DNA of 63,367 nucleotides, the filler included, from Anaerolineae bacterium (GTDB lineage: Bacteria; Chloroflexota; Anaerolineae; Epilineales; Epilineaceae): assembly GCA_029262755.1 (NCBI GenBank). It is 8 parts of 8 records of this genome, joined end to end, with 100 filler letters (N's around TTAATTAATTAA, not from the genome) between each part and the next. Parts side by side here need not be neighbours in the genome. Positions count along the whole stretch, not along the records: positions 47,184 to 51,337 come from JAJCYU010000201.1; positions 51,438 to 54,299 come from JAJCYU010000203.1; positions 54,400 to 60,145 come from JAJCYU010000204.1; 5 more parts are not named here. One strand, 5' to 3'. A program made the position numbers and the translations under genes. Below are positions 47,975 through 57,159 of this stretch, in pieces. The stretch's first letter is position 1, and every line of letters starts with the position of its first letter. Under the pieces are notes generated by a model. The model was not told where the DNA came from. It did not search any database and saw only the letters and a list, made by a program, of their open reading frames with translations.

Positions 47975-50137
47975 CTAGTCCTGGGCCCAGGCGAGGCCGA
48001 TCCGGCCTCGATCCGGCTCCACGGAGAGGACCAGGACGTCGATGACGTCGCCCACGGATAGGTCGTGCAGGTGGCGGCCGCGGCCGACGTTGCTGCGGTG
48101 CACGAGGCCGTCCTGACCGACGCCGATGTCGACGAATGCGCCGAAGTCCACGACGTTGCGCACGGTGCCGGGTATGCGGGCGCCGACGGGCAGTTCGGCG
48201 ATCGACATGGCCTCGCCGCGCAGGAGTGGCGCCGGCGCATCCTCGCGCGGATCACGGCCGGGACGGATGAGCTGGTCGAGGATGTCGTCGAGCGTCGGGC
48301 GGCCGACGCCCAGGTCCGCGGCGAGCGCGTCTGGCGGGCGCTGCGCGACGAGGCCTTCGAGTGCGGGAGCGCGCTCGGCGGGGGGCGGGGGATCGCGGGG
48401 GTCTAGGCCTGCACGGCGCAGGAGCGCGCGTGCGGGCTCGTAGCTCTCCGGGTGGATCGCGCTGGCGTCGAGCGGCTCCGCGCCGAGCACGCGTACGAAC
48501 CCCGCGGCTTGCTCGAAGGTCTTGGGGCCGAGCCCGGCAACCGCGAGGAGGTCGCGCCGGCGTGCGAAGCGGCCCTGCGCGTCGCGGTGGGTGACGATCG
48601 CGTCGGCGAGCTTGGGGCCAAGGCCGGCAATGCGTTGGAGCAGCGCGGGCGAGGCCGTGTTCAGGTCCGCGCCGACGGCGTTGACGACGTCTTCGACGAC
48701 ACCGTCTAGGGTGCGGGCCAGCTCGTTCTCGTCGAGATCATGCTGGTAGAGGCCGACGCCGATGCTCTGCGGATCGATCTTGACCAGCTCCGCCAGCGGG
48801 TCCTGGATGCGACGTGCGATGGACACGGCGCCGCGCAGCGTCACGTCCATGTCCGGCAGCTCTTTCCCGGCCAAGGGGCTGGCGCTGTAGATGCTGGCAC
48901 CGGCCTCGTTGACAACCGCGTAGCGGATCTCCGTGTCGAGCTTGGGCAGGAGAGCGGCGATGAACGTCTCTGTTTCGCGCGAGGCCGTTCCGTTGCCGAT
49001 CGCGATCAACGTGGCGGCGTGCGTGCGCACGAGGCGCGCGATGGTTGCGCGAGCCGCGTCTGCCTGGTGCTGGGGCGCATGCGGATAGATCACGTCCGTG
49101 GCCAGCACGGCGCCGGTTGCGTCGATCACGGCCAGCTTGCAGCCCGTACGGTAGGCCGGATCCACCCCGAGGACGACGTGCCCGGTGAGCGGCTGCAGGC
49201 GCAGGAGCGCGGCAAGGTTGCGTGCGAAGACCTCTCGGGCGTGGGTGTGGGCCTCTTCGGTGAGCCCGCGGCGCAGGTCGCGGGCGATCGCGGGGCGCAG
49301 AAGGCGGGTGTCGGCGTCCGCGATGGCCGCGCTCAGCTCGCCGGACCAGGCGGAGCGGCGGTCGGGCGTGAACCGAAGGCCGATCGCGGTCAGCGCGTCG
49401 CGTTCGGGGATGTCGAGCGCCACGCGCAGGACCTTTTCGGCCTCGCCGCGATCGATGGCCAGCGTCTGGTGTGGGCGGAGACGGTCGATGCGTTGGCTCA
49501 TGTCGTAGTAGGCGGAGAAGACCTCCTTCGGGTCTTCGCCTGCCGTCTTCCCGCCACGACGCTTCACGCGCAGCGTCGCCCATGTCGCGGCTTTGGCGCG
49601 TAGGGCCTGACGTACGTCGGGATCGTCCGCGATCCGTTCCGCGACGATGTCGCGCGCACCGGCTAGCGCCGTGTCGGCATCCGGGACGTCGGGGCCGAGG
49701 AAGGATTGCGCGCGGGCGTGGGGTGGGAGGCCGGAGGGGGGCTGGGCGAGGATCGCTTCGGCCAAGGGCTCGAGGCCCAGCTCGCGTGCCATCGTGGCGC
49801 GCGTCCGCCGGCGAGGGCGATAGGGCGCGTACAGGTCTTCCAGCGTGGTGCGGCTGGTTGCGTTTTGGACGGCGCGCGCGAGCTCATCGGTGAGGACGGC
49901 CTGCTCTTGGAGTGAGGCGAGGATGGCAGCGCGACGGTCTTCCAGCGTGCGCAGGCGCTCGTGGCCCTCGGCGATCGCGCGGAGCGCGATCTCGTCGAGA
50001 CCTTCGGTGGCCTCCATGCGATAGCGGGCCACGAACGGGATCGTGTGGCCTTCGTCGAACAGGGCAACGGCTCGGGCGACGCGCGAAGGCGACAGCTTCA
50101 GTTCGGACGCGAGTCGCTCGGAAATGGAGGTGGGCAT
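47975..50137 (-). CDS. tex: Tex family transcription accessory protein (YqgF-like, HhH and S1 domains)
   Basis: TIPFVARYRME, LGVDPAYRTGCKLA, IGNGTASRET, ELVKIDPQSIGVGLYQHD and S1 motif NVVDFGAFVDIGV. Confidence 0.95.
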   Translation of the reverse strand: MPTSISERLASELKLSPSRVARAVALFDEGHTIPFVARYRMEATEGLDEIALRAIAEGHERLRTLEDRRAAILASLQEQAVLTDELARAVQNATSRTTLEDLYAPYRPRRRTRATMARELGLEPLAEAILAQPPSGLPPHARAQSFLGPDVPDADTALAGARDIVAERIADDPDVRQALRAKAATWATLRVKRRGGKTAGEDPKEVFSAYYDMSQRIDRLRPHQTLAIDRGEAEKVLRVALDIPERDALTAIGLRFTPDRRSAWSGELSAAIADADTRLLRPAIARDLRRGLTEEAHTHAREVFARNLAALLRLQPLTGHVVLGVDPAYRTGCKLAVIDATGAVLATDVIYPHAPQHQADAARATIARLVRTHAATLIAIGNGTASRETETFIAALLPKLDTEIRYAVVNEAGASIYSASPLAGKELPDMDVTLRGAVSIARRIQDPLAELVKIDPQSIGVGLYQHDLDENELARTLDGVVEDVVNAVGADLNTASPALLQRIAGLGPKLADAIVTHRDAQGRFARRRDLLAVAGLGPKTFEQAAGFVRVLGAEPLDASAIHPESYEPARALLRRAGLDPRDPPPPAERAPALEGLVAQRPPDALAADLGVGRPTLDDILDQLIRPGRDPREDAPAPLLRGEAMSIAELPVGARIPGTVRNVVDFGAFVDIGVGQDGLVHRSNVGRGRHLHDLSVGDVIDVLVLSVEPDRGRIGLAWAQD

Positions 50138-50173
50138 GGTGGCTCCGATCGGGGCCGGGATGATACAAGGCTA

Positions 50174-50202
50174 TTGACATACTAGAACAAATGTTTTAGG
50201 CT
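50174..50202 (+). promoter_or_regulatory. Sigma70 promoter with a LexA-type (GAAC-N4-GTTC) box in the spacer
   Basis: TTGACA(50174)-N17-TAGGCT(50197); AGAAC-AAAT-GTTTT at 50184-50197. Confidence 0.7.
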
Positions 50203-50381
50203 GCAACGGGCTGCGCCCTGCCCCGCTGGTCGACGCATGCGAGCGCAAATTGTAAGTGCTTCGCGGATCGCATGTGCGCTCTTGATTGAAGCCTTGGAGC
50301 GATCAGCGTTGTGTCGCGCATCGTCCCGCGATCCCCGGGCGCGGACCTCCATCCTACCCGCCTGACGCAAGGAGATCCCCC

Positions 50382-50747
50382 ATGGCGAGTTCCCTGAATT
50401 GGTTCGAGATTCCCACGAAAGACCTCAACCGCGCGGCCGAATTCTACCGCACGGTCTTGGGGGCCGAGCTTCCGATCATCGACGTCGGCACGGAGAAGAT
50501 CGCCATGTTCCCCGTCGACCAGGGCGGTATCGGCGGTGCGTTGTGCAGCCGCGACGGAATGGAGCCGGCGACGGAAGGCACGTTCGTCTACCTCAACGGC
50601 GGCAACGACTTGGCGGGACCATTGTCGCGCGTCGCGGCAGCGGGCGGCACGGTGCTGGCCGAGAAGACCGACATCGGTGACAACGGCTTCATCGCGGTCT
50701 TCCTCGACACGGAAGGCAACAAGGTGGGGCTGCACTCGATGGGGTGA
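50382..50747 (+). CDS. VOC family (glyoxalase/bleomycin-resistance) protein
   Basis: NWFEIPTKDLNRAAEFY...AAGGTVL...FLDTEGNKVGLH; AAGGAG SD. Confidence 0.92.
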   Translation: MASSLNWFEIPTKDLNRAAEFYRTVLGAELPIIDVGTEKIAMFPVDQGGIGGALCSRDGMEPATEGTFVYLNGGNDLAGPLSRVAAAGGTVLAEKTDIGDNGFIAVFLDTEGNKVGLHSMG

Positions 50748-50838
50748 GGGGCTGGATGTACCGAACACGGAGGGAAGGGCTGAATAGCCCCGCCCTCCCT
50801 GTTGCTTACTGGCCGCACGGAAGGCACGAAGCTACTGC

Positions 50839-51337
50839 CTATTGGTCCTCGCGCAAGCTTCCTGCGACCCAATTGAACGGACTCTCAGCAGATCTCTCGC
50901 GGCCCCCGCCGACGACCGAGAAGTCACCCGTGGCCTCGTTGCGGAATCCTCCAGTGACTGTCGTGACCTCACCTGACACATGACCCCCGAAGCCGCCGCA
51001 GATTGTTGTCGTGAAGCCCTCGGCAATATTCTCTTTCCCGCCGAGCACCGCGGTGTACTCACCATGCGCAGTGTTGTCGCGGCCCACCACGACGCCGCCG
51101 TAGCCGGTCCAGTTGTTGCGCGTGCCCACACCGAGCATGTGGGAACCCGAGCGTTCGTCGAGTCCGTCGCCCCGAGTCTCGTTGTAGCCGATGATCACGT
51201 TTCCAAGGCCATTCGGCTCGCTGTCCGTAAACTCCAGGCCGTTCACGACGCGAAGATTCGCACCAGAGATGATGAGCTCATCCTCTGTGCGCCGAACGTC
51301 TTCAAGCAGTCTCTCCAAACGGGCGATTCGGTCCTCA
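50839..51337 (-). CDS. C-terminal fragment with a coiled coil and Gly-rich beta-roll repeats (adhesin- or fibre-like)
   Basis: RIARLERLL...GANLRVVNG...GLGNVIIGYNE and repeats such as N-x-A-x-G-x-x-(T/S)-x-(V/I)-x-GG. Confidence 0.55.
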
Positions 51338-51437
51338 NNNNNNNNNNNNNNNNNNNNNNNNNNNNNNNNNNNNNNNNNNNNTTAATTAATTAANNNNNNN
51401 NNNNNNNNNNNNNNNNNNNNNNNNNNNNNNNNNNNNN

Positions 51438-52988
51438 GACCTGCTGGACCAGCAGCGCCAGGAAGTAGGGCGTGCGCAGGAGTTCCAGGGTCGGTGTGCC
51501 GGCGATCTGTCGCCAGATCTCGGTTGCCCGCTCCGGGTTGTACAGCGCCAGAAACTGCTGCACGCGGCGGTCGTCGAAGGCCTCGACGCGGACCTGCGGC
51601 ACGCGCAGCGAAGGGGTCGACAGCGGCGCGCTGTAGTCCAGGCTGCGACAGCTGAAGACCGCCTGGTTGCCCGGCCGACGCCGGATGACTTCCTGCAAGG
51701 CGCCGCGCCAGGCTTCGACCTTGTGCCGGTACTCAGCGTCATCCGCGTGCGGCATCTCGTTGAGGCCGTCGAGCAGCAGCACGAGCCGGCCGGCGTCGAT
51801 GAAGGTCTCGAGTGACGGCAGTTGTGGATAGCGACGGCGCCACAATTCGGCGAGCCAGGCCAGGGGTGGTGGCGCCGCCCCGCCCATGTCGCCGGCGCGG
51901 TAGCTGTTGAGCGGCACGAAGAGGGTGACCGGTCCGTCGTGCTCGTCGCTCCGGCGCAGCGCGTCCGAGCAGATGCTCAGCTCCAGGTAGCGCAGCAGGG
52001 TGCTCTTGCCGCTGCCCGGCGGGCCGAGCACGACCAGCACCCGGTGCTCACCGTCGGCCAGGATGCCGGACAGGCTCTCGTGCCGCTCCGATTCGGCGAC
52101 CCACCGTTCGCCTGCCACCTGCTCGCCCTTGTCCATCAGCAGGCTCAGGCTCACGAAGCGCGTGTCGATCTGGTAGCGCGGCTGCGACCACTCCGCGATA
52201 CGCCCCAGGCGCTGCGCGTCCAGATCGGCCGGGTCGGCGTGGGCCATCGTTGCCAGCTCGCTCGGGCGCAGCTTGACCTCGGCCTCCGTCCCCTCAACGC
52301 CGCGGCGCAGCAGGTCGGCGATCGCCACCAGATCGCGCGGCCCCGAATCGTCCGGCGCGCCCTCCGCCACGAGCCCCACACGCAGCGGAGGTCGGCCAAG
52401 GGAGGAGATCGGGCGATCGACGTCCGGCAGTCCGTCCGCGACGGCGCGCACGAGCGGCTCGGGCGCGCTCAGGTCCTTGAGCCAATGCTCGCCGCAATCG
52501 TGGATGGTCACGCCGGCAGGCAGCGCGTCGCCGATCTCGGCCATCGTCGTCTGTGAGACGAGCACCTGGCCGCCGTGGCCGGCGCCCGCGATGCGCGCGG
52601 CGCGATGGATCTCGAAGCCCGCGTAGTCCTCGTCGAAGCGCGTTACCTCGCCGCTGTGCAGCCCCATGCGTACCAGGAGCAGCTCGCCGTGCGGCCAGTC
52701 GTGGCCGTAGAGCGCGCGCTGTCCGTCCGTCGCGCCTGCCAGGGCGTCGGCCGCGTCTTGGAAGACGTAGAAGAAGGCGTCGCCCATCGTGCGCACCTCG
52801 ACGCCGCCACGTCCGCGAAAGGCGCCGCGCAAGAGCCGGTTGTGATGATCGAGGACCTCAGGAAACTGCGGCCCCAAGCGCTTGACCAACTCGGTCGAGC
52901 CCTCGATGTCGGTAAACAGGATCGTAAGCCGACCCTCGGGCAGGTCCCTCAAGCCGGAAGCTCCCGTGCGCGGCGGCGGTAGGTGCAC
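51438..52988 (-). CDS. Class III adenylate/guanylate cyclase domain fused to a NACHT NTPase, 3' end truncated by gap
   Basis: TILFTDIEGST, MGDAFF, RMGLHSGE and HRAARI in the cyclase; Walker A VLGPPGSGKST, Walker B LLLDGLNEM, FSCR and ELLRTPYFL in the NACHT domain. Confidence 0.88.
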
Positions 52989-53039
52989 CGCGGTAGGCGA
53001 CGTGCGGAGTGGCGCCGTATGTATGCCGCCGGGCGACGC

Positions 53040-54299
53040 CTACTGCGATTCGGCATAGGGCATGTAGATGCGCGCCACCGGCTCGGTCGGCGGGGTGCTG
53101 TCGGGGATCGCGGTGGGCTGGGCGCTTGGAATCGCGCTCGGCTGGGCGGAGGGCATCGCGCTCGGCTGCGCGCTCGGCTGTGCGGAGGGCTCGGCGCTCG
53201 GAACCGCGCTCGGGACGGGCGTCGCGGGGGTCGTCGGGACGGCGGTCGGCTGGGTTTCGCCGGAGCCGGGGTTGCCGTACCAGCAGAGCGTGCCTGCGAT
53301 GCTGTTCTGGGTGAACTCCGATGCGATGAAGTCGATGTCGCCGTCCTTGTCCACATCCGCCATGTCGATGGAGTTCCACTTGTGGTCCTTGCTCCTCGAG
53401 TGCTGCATCGAGGTCGGATTTCGTACGAGGTCGGTGCCGTCGCCCGGGTTTAGCCACGCGAAGACGTTGTAGGGCCGCGCGCCGTCCTGGCTCGTGACGA
53501 GGATGTCGAGGTCGCCGTCGCCGTCGACGTCGCCCATGGTCAGGTCGCGCACGTCCGGCTCGCGGCCGTCACCGGCGCGCTCGAAGATGCGGTCGTCGCC
53601 GTCGATGCGCTGCAGCCACCAGGAGATGGAGTCGCCCGTCTTGTCCGTGGCCGTCGCGAGGTCGAGTAGGCCGTCTCCGTTGAGGTCGCCGCTCGTCACC
53701 GCGACGATCTGGCGTGCTTCGCTGCCGGTGAGAAGGTTTGTTGCGCGTCCTAGGTCGATGTCACCGGTGGCGCCTTCGCTCGGGTACCAGGTCACGTCCC
53801 TGCCGTCGCGCACCACGAGCAGGTCGTCGTGCAGGTCGCCGGAGTCCGCGTCGATGTTGGCGGCGTGAACGTAGCCCGCGCCCGAATAGACGCGGCCTCC
53901 GCTCTTGCGCCGATCAAATTTTGCCTCGCCCCCCTCGTTCAGCCACGCGCTGACGTTGCCGTTGGGCTCAACGGTGAGGATGTCGGCATGCGAATCGCCG
54001 TCGAAATCGCCGACTGCAAGCAAGAGATCTGGGTCGCGCGACGCGCCGCGCACGTCGATCTCCGCGGAGAACTTCGTCGCAGGTCCCTTGCCCGGATCCG
54101 GGTCCATCTGGCGCCACCACTTGAGCTTTTGCTCGATCACGACCCCGGTCCCACGATCGTAAACCGCCTCAAGACCCACAAAGTCCACGCGCTCGTCGGC
54201 GTCGAGATCGTCCCCGCGCACGAAGTCGACGCCGGGCGCGGGGATCACGTCGTTGCGCTCGAAGGGTTGGGGGCCGGCGTGGTCGGCGAGATCGGCGGC
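53040..54299 (-). CDS. FG-GAP/VCBS repeat protein with PSAx linker and IYMPY tail, 5' end truncated by gap
   Basis: GDFDGDSHADI, GDLNGDGLLDL, GDVDGDGDLDI and ADVDKDGDIDF; the frame stays open to the gap. Confidence 0.85.
   Translation of the reverse strand, partial: AADLADHAGPQPFERNDVIPAPGVDFVRGDDLDADERVDFVGLEAVYDRGTGVVIEQKLKWWRQMDPDPGKGPATKFSAEIDVRGASRDPDLLLAVGDFDGDSHADILTVEPNGNVSAWLNEGGEAKFDRRKSGGRVYSGAGYVHAANIDADSGDLHDDLLVVRDGRDVTWYPSEGATGDIDLGRATNLLTGSEARQIVAVTSGDLNGDGLLDLATATDKTGDSISWWLQRIDGDDRIFERAGDGREPDVRDLTMGDVDGDGDLDILVTSQDGARPYNVFAWLNPGDGTDLVRNPTSMQHSRSKDHKWNSIDMADVDKDGDIDFIASEFTQNSIAGTLCWYGNPGSGETQPTAVPTTPATPVPSAVPSAEPSAQPSAQPSAMPSAQPSAIPSAQPTAIPDSTPPTEPVARIYMPYAESQ
53110..53217 (-). 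repeat. 12-bp coding tandem repeat (about nine P-S/T-A-x units)
   Basis: Encodes VPSAVPSAEPSAQPSAQPSAMPSAQPSAIPSAQPTA. Confidence 0.85.
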
Positions 54300-54399
54300 N
54301 NNNNNNNNNNNNNNNNNNNNNNNNNNNNNNNNNNNNNNNNNNNTTAATTAATTAANNNNNNNNNNNNNNNNNNNNNNNNNNNNNNNNNNNNNNNNNNNN

Positions 54400-54615
54400 T
54401 CCCACCGTGTCGTGCTCTCCCTCTTCGAGTTCAGCGAGTTTTCGGCTCCCGAAGTCGGTCACGTGCTCGGCATCAACGCGGCCGCGGCACGCAAGCGTCG
54501 TCAACGCGCGAGGGAAGCGCTTGCGCGTGTGCTCAAAGGCGAGGTGCGCGCGCTGCGGCGTACGAAAGCACGCTCCGAACCGAGCTCGGCTGTGAACGGG
54601 GAGGGGCGATCATGA
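54400..54615 (+). CDS. ECF sigma factor, region 4 fragment
   Basis: HRVVLSLFEFSEFSAPEVGHVLGINAAAARKRRQRAREAL; ATGA-coupled to a zinc-finger anti-sigma gene. Confidence 0.78.
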   Translation, partial: SHRVVLSLFEFSEFSAPEVGHVLGINAAAARKRRQRAREALARVLKGEVRALRRTKARSEPSSAVNGEGRS

Positions 54616-55889
54616 ACTGTCAACAAATACGGCGGCTGATGCCCGCAAACCGCTATGCGCGCCTCGTCCCCACGGCCCTGGCCGCCTTCGAGCAACACGT
54701 CGATGGCTGTCCCACCTGTGCATCCGCTTGGCTGGACGAGCAGTTCGTCGATGCACACCTTTCCGCGTTGCCCATCCCGGAGCCGCCGGGGGGATTGAAA
54801 GCCGCGTTGCTTGCCGTTCCGCGCTCCGCCGCCGCACCGTCTTCGACGGCACGCAACGAACGGGCCGTCGCCACACAAGACGCGCCCATGACCCTTTCGG
54901 AGTGGCTGCGCACCTTCGTGGTCTTGTTGGCGCTTGGGCTCCTCGGCGGCGGTTTCGCCGGCGAGAGCCGACGCGCAACGAACGTGCCGATCTCGCCGGA
55001 GACCGTCGCGCCGCTGTCCGGCGCCGGGCCGACGATCATCGCGCGTCAAGGGCAGGTAGATCTCTCCGTTCCTGCTGCGGAGCAGGCGGCGATCGTCTCT
55101 CGCGTCGACCGATCCGCTCCCAGCGACACCTTCGTAACGCCACCTCGAGCCGCCACCCTCACACCCGAGGCGTTGGCCCTGGCAATTGTCCCAGAGCTCG
55201 TGCAGGAAGCCGCGCCCCTTGACGCGCCGCGCCGCAACGAAGGACGCCGTTCGTCGAGCGATAACGATGATGAGCCGGCCACGGAGCCCGCGCCGCCGAC
55301 TGACACAGCGAACGCGCCGAACGTACCGGTCGCCGGACAGGATCGCGGTGGGAAGGACGGCGGCATGGTGGGCGCGCGCCCCGATCCCGTCTCGCCCACG
55401 GAACCGCCGGACGATGAGGCGCCCTGGCCAACGGCGCACGCTCGCGTGCCCATCGTCGTCTTCGCCGACGTCGGCGGCGTCCCGGCCTTCGGCTGCCGCG
55501 GCTGCGACGGTCATCTATCGCAATCCGACCGGGACATTGCGGCCTCGGAGGGCCTCGTGCTCCCGCCCTTCCAGATCGCGATCTCCGACAGCGCCAGCCG
55601 TGTATACGAGTTCAGCTTCGTGCCGGACGGCCCTGTATTCAGCGCGACGCTGGACATCGAAGGGGTCGCGCCCTTCCAGGCAACGCTCTACGTGCAGTCG
55701 GAAACGTGGCTGCCCTGCGCCAACGTCGATGCGCGCTCCCATAGCTTCGTGGTTCCGCTCGCCGGCGCGCTGCGCTTCCCCGTCGTCGATCAATGTCCTG
55801 CGCCGGTCGGGCCGGAGCCGGAACCGGAGCCCTTGCCGACCGCATGGTCGCCGGGCGAAGGCTCCCCGGCGGGAACGGCGCGCCCTTGA
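54612..55889 (+). CDS. zf-HC2 (ZAS) anti-sigma factor with TM helix and extracytoplasmic Cys-containing domain
   Basis: MNCQQIRRLM...FEQHVDGCPTC (HxxxCxxC) and TM segment FVVLLALGLLGGG. Confidence 0.78.
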   Translation: MNCQQIRRLMPANRYARLVPTALAAFEQHVDGCPTCASAWLDEQFVDAHLSALPIPEPPGGLKAALLAVPRSAAAPSSTARNERAVATQDAPMTLSEWLRTFVVLLALGLLGGGFAGESRRATNVPISPETVAPLSGAGPTIIARQGQVDLSVPAAEQAAIVSRVDRSAPSDTFVTPPRAATLTPEALALAIVPELVQEAAPLDAPRRNEGRRSSSDNDDEPATEPAPPTDTANAPNVPVAGQDRGGKDGGMVGARPDPVSPTEPPDDEAPWPTAHARVPIVVFADVGGVPAFGCRGCDGHLSQSDRDIAASEGLVLPPFQIAISDSASRVYEFSFVPDGPVFSATLDIEGVAPFQATLYVQSETWLPCANVDARSHSFVVPLAGALRFPVVDQCPAPVGPEPEPEPLPTAWSPGEGSPAGTARP

Positions 55890-57010
55890 GCGCGGCGCGA
55901 GCCGCTCGTGCCCACGTCGGTGCCTCGAGCACCCGTCGTGGCGTGCTGTTGTTCCTCGCCGTCCTCTGCGCATTGCTGTTCACCGTGCAACCGGACAAGG
56001 CCCTGGCCGAAGGGTGTCGCGCGGAAGGTATTGCCACGCTCTCTTCGAAGCTGGTCTGTCCCTACCAACCCGTCGAGCTTCGTTGGGCGATTCGGCTCAG
56101 CTGTGACGAAGGCATCGCGCCGAGTTGCGTGCGCACCGTCCGTCTCGTGGATGCGCTGCCCGAGGGCATCGTGGCATGGCGCACCGATACGAACGGCGCG
56201 GAGCCGGACATCGGCGACGACTGGACGCTCGAGTTCACCGACGGTTTCGGTGAGGCGCTCGAGACCTCCCGTCGCGTCGTGGCCGTCCGCGGCGGAACGT
56301 TCGCCCTGGGCGGAGCGGACATCACCGTGGAGGACGAGTCCGGGCAGACGATCAACACCTCGCTGCCGCCACAGCAGCTCACCGTCGTCCCACAATGTCC
56401 TCGCTGGGGTACGGTGCCCATCTTCCTGCCGATCATGCACCGCCCGAGCTGTCTCCCCAGCGCCGAGCCCGCCGATATCGTGCTGGCCATCGACCGCTCA
56501 GCCAGCGTCGGCGGTGACGGGCTCGCGGCCATCGGCCAACACGTTCGTGTGTTGCTCGACACATTGGATCACAGACCAGGCGAAGACCGCGTCGGCCTCG
56601 TGGCCTTCGACCGACGGGCGGTGACCCTCGCCCCGCTCGGTACGACACCCGCGTTGCTCGATCTGGCGTTGCGCGAGCTACAGCCCCACCACGGCACACG
56701 GCTCGAACATGGCATCGCCGAAGGCGTTCGCGCCCTCGGCCCCACCATCGACGGGCGTCGCCGCATCCTCGTGCTCATCACGGATGGGGTGGCCATCGGC
56801 ATGGGCGGCAACGAGGCGGCCCATACGGCGGCTCGCGACGCGCGCGAGGCCGACGTACGCATCCTGGCCATGGGGATCGGCCCGGCGCCGGACTGGCGGC
56901 TGCTGAACGCCCTCCAAGAGCCGGGATCACCCCGCATCGCCGCCACGAGTTCGGCGGCGCTACCCGCCGCGTTCCGCGGCCTTTCCACTGCAACGAGTTG
57001 CGTCCGCTAA
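55886..57010 (+). CDS. Exported VWA-domain protein
   Basis: Signal peptide, internal IFLPIMHR, and MIDAS residues DRSAS, GTRL and LITDG; the TTG start overlaps the anti-sigma stop. Confidence 0.82.
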   Translation: MSAARAARAHVGASSTRRGVLLFLAVLCALLFTVQPDKALAEGCRAEGIATLSSKLVCPYQPVELRWAIRLSCDEGIAPSCVRTVRLVDALPEGIVAWRTDTNGAEPDIGDDWTLEFTDGFGEALETSRRVVAVRGGTFALGGADITVEDESGQTINTSLPPQQLTVVPQCPRWGTVPIFLPIMHRPSCLPSAEPADIVLAIDRSASVGGDGLAAIGQHVRVLLDTLDHRPGEDRVGLVAFDRRAVTLAPLGTTPALLDLALRELQPHHGTRLEHGIAEGVRALGPTIDGRRRILVLITDGVAIGMGGNEAAHTAARDAREADVRILAMGIGPAPDWRLLNALQEPGSPRIAATSSAALPAAFRGLSTATSCVR

Positions 57011-57025
57011 AGGCTCGTCCTGGGC

Positions 57026-57054
57026 TTGAGAGCCTCTGGGCACTCGGCTATCAT
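57026..57054 (+). promoter_or_regulatory. Putative sigma70 promoter
   Basis: TTGAGA-N17-TATCAT upstream of the 57160 gene. Confidence 0.55.
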
Positions 57055-57159
57055 GGCCGGCCGCCGACCGAAAGCCCTCCGTTCCCGCGTGGAACGGCGT
57101 TTTTATGAGGCCCGATTCCCTCCCCCCGCTTCGACAGACGATGCAGGAGTCACGCGCCG

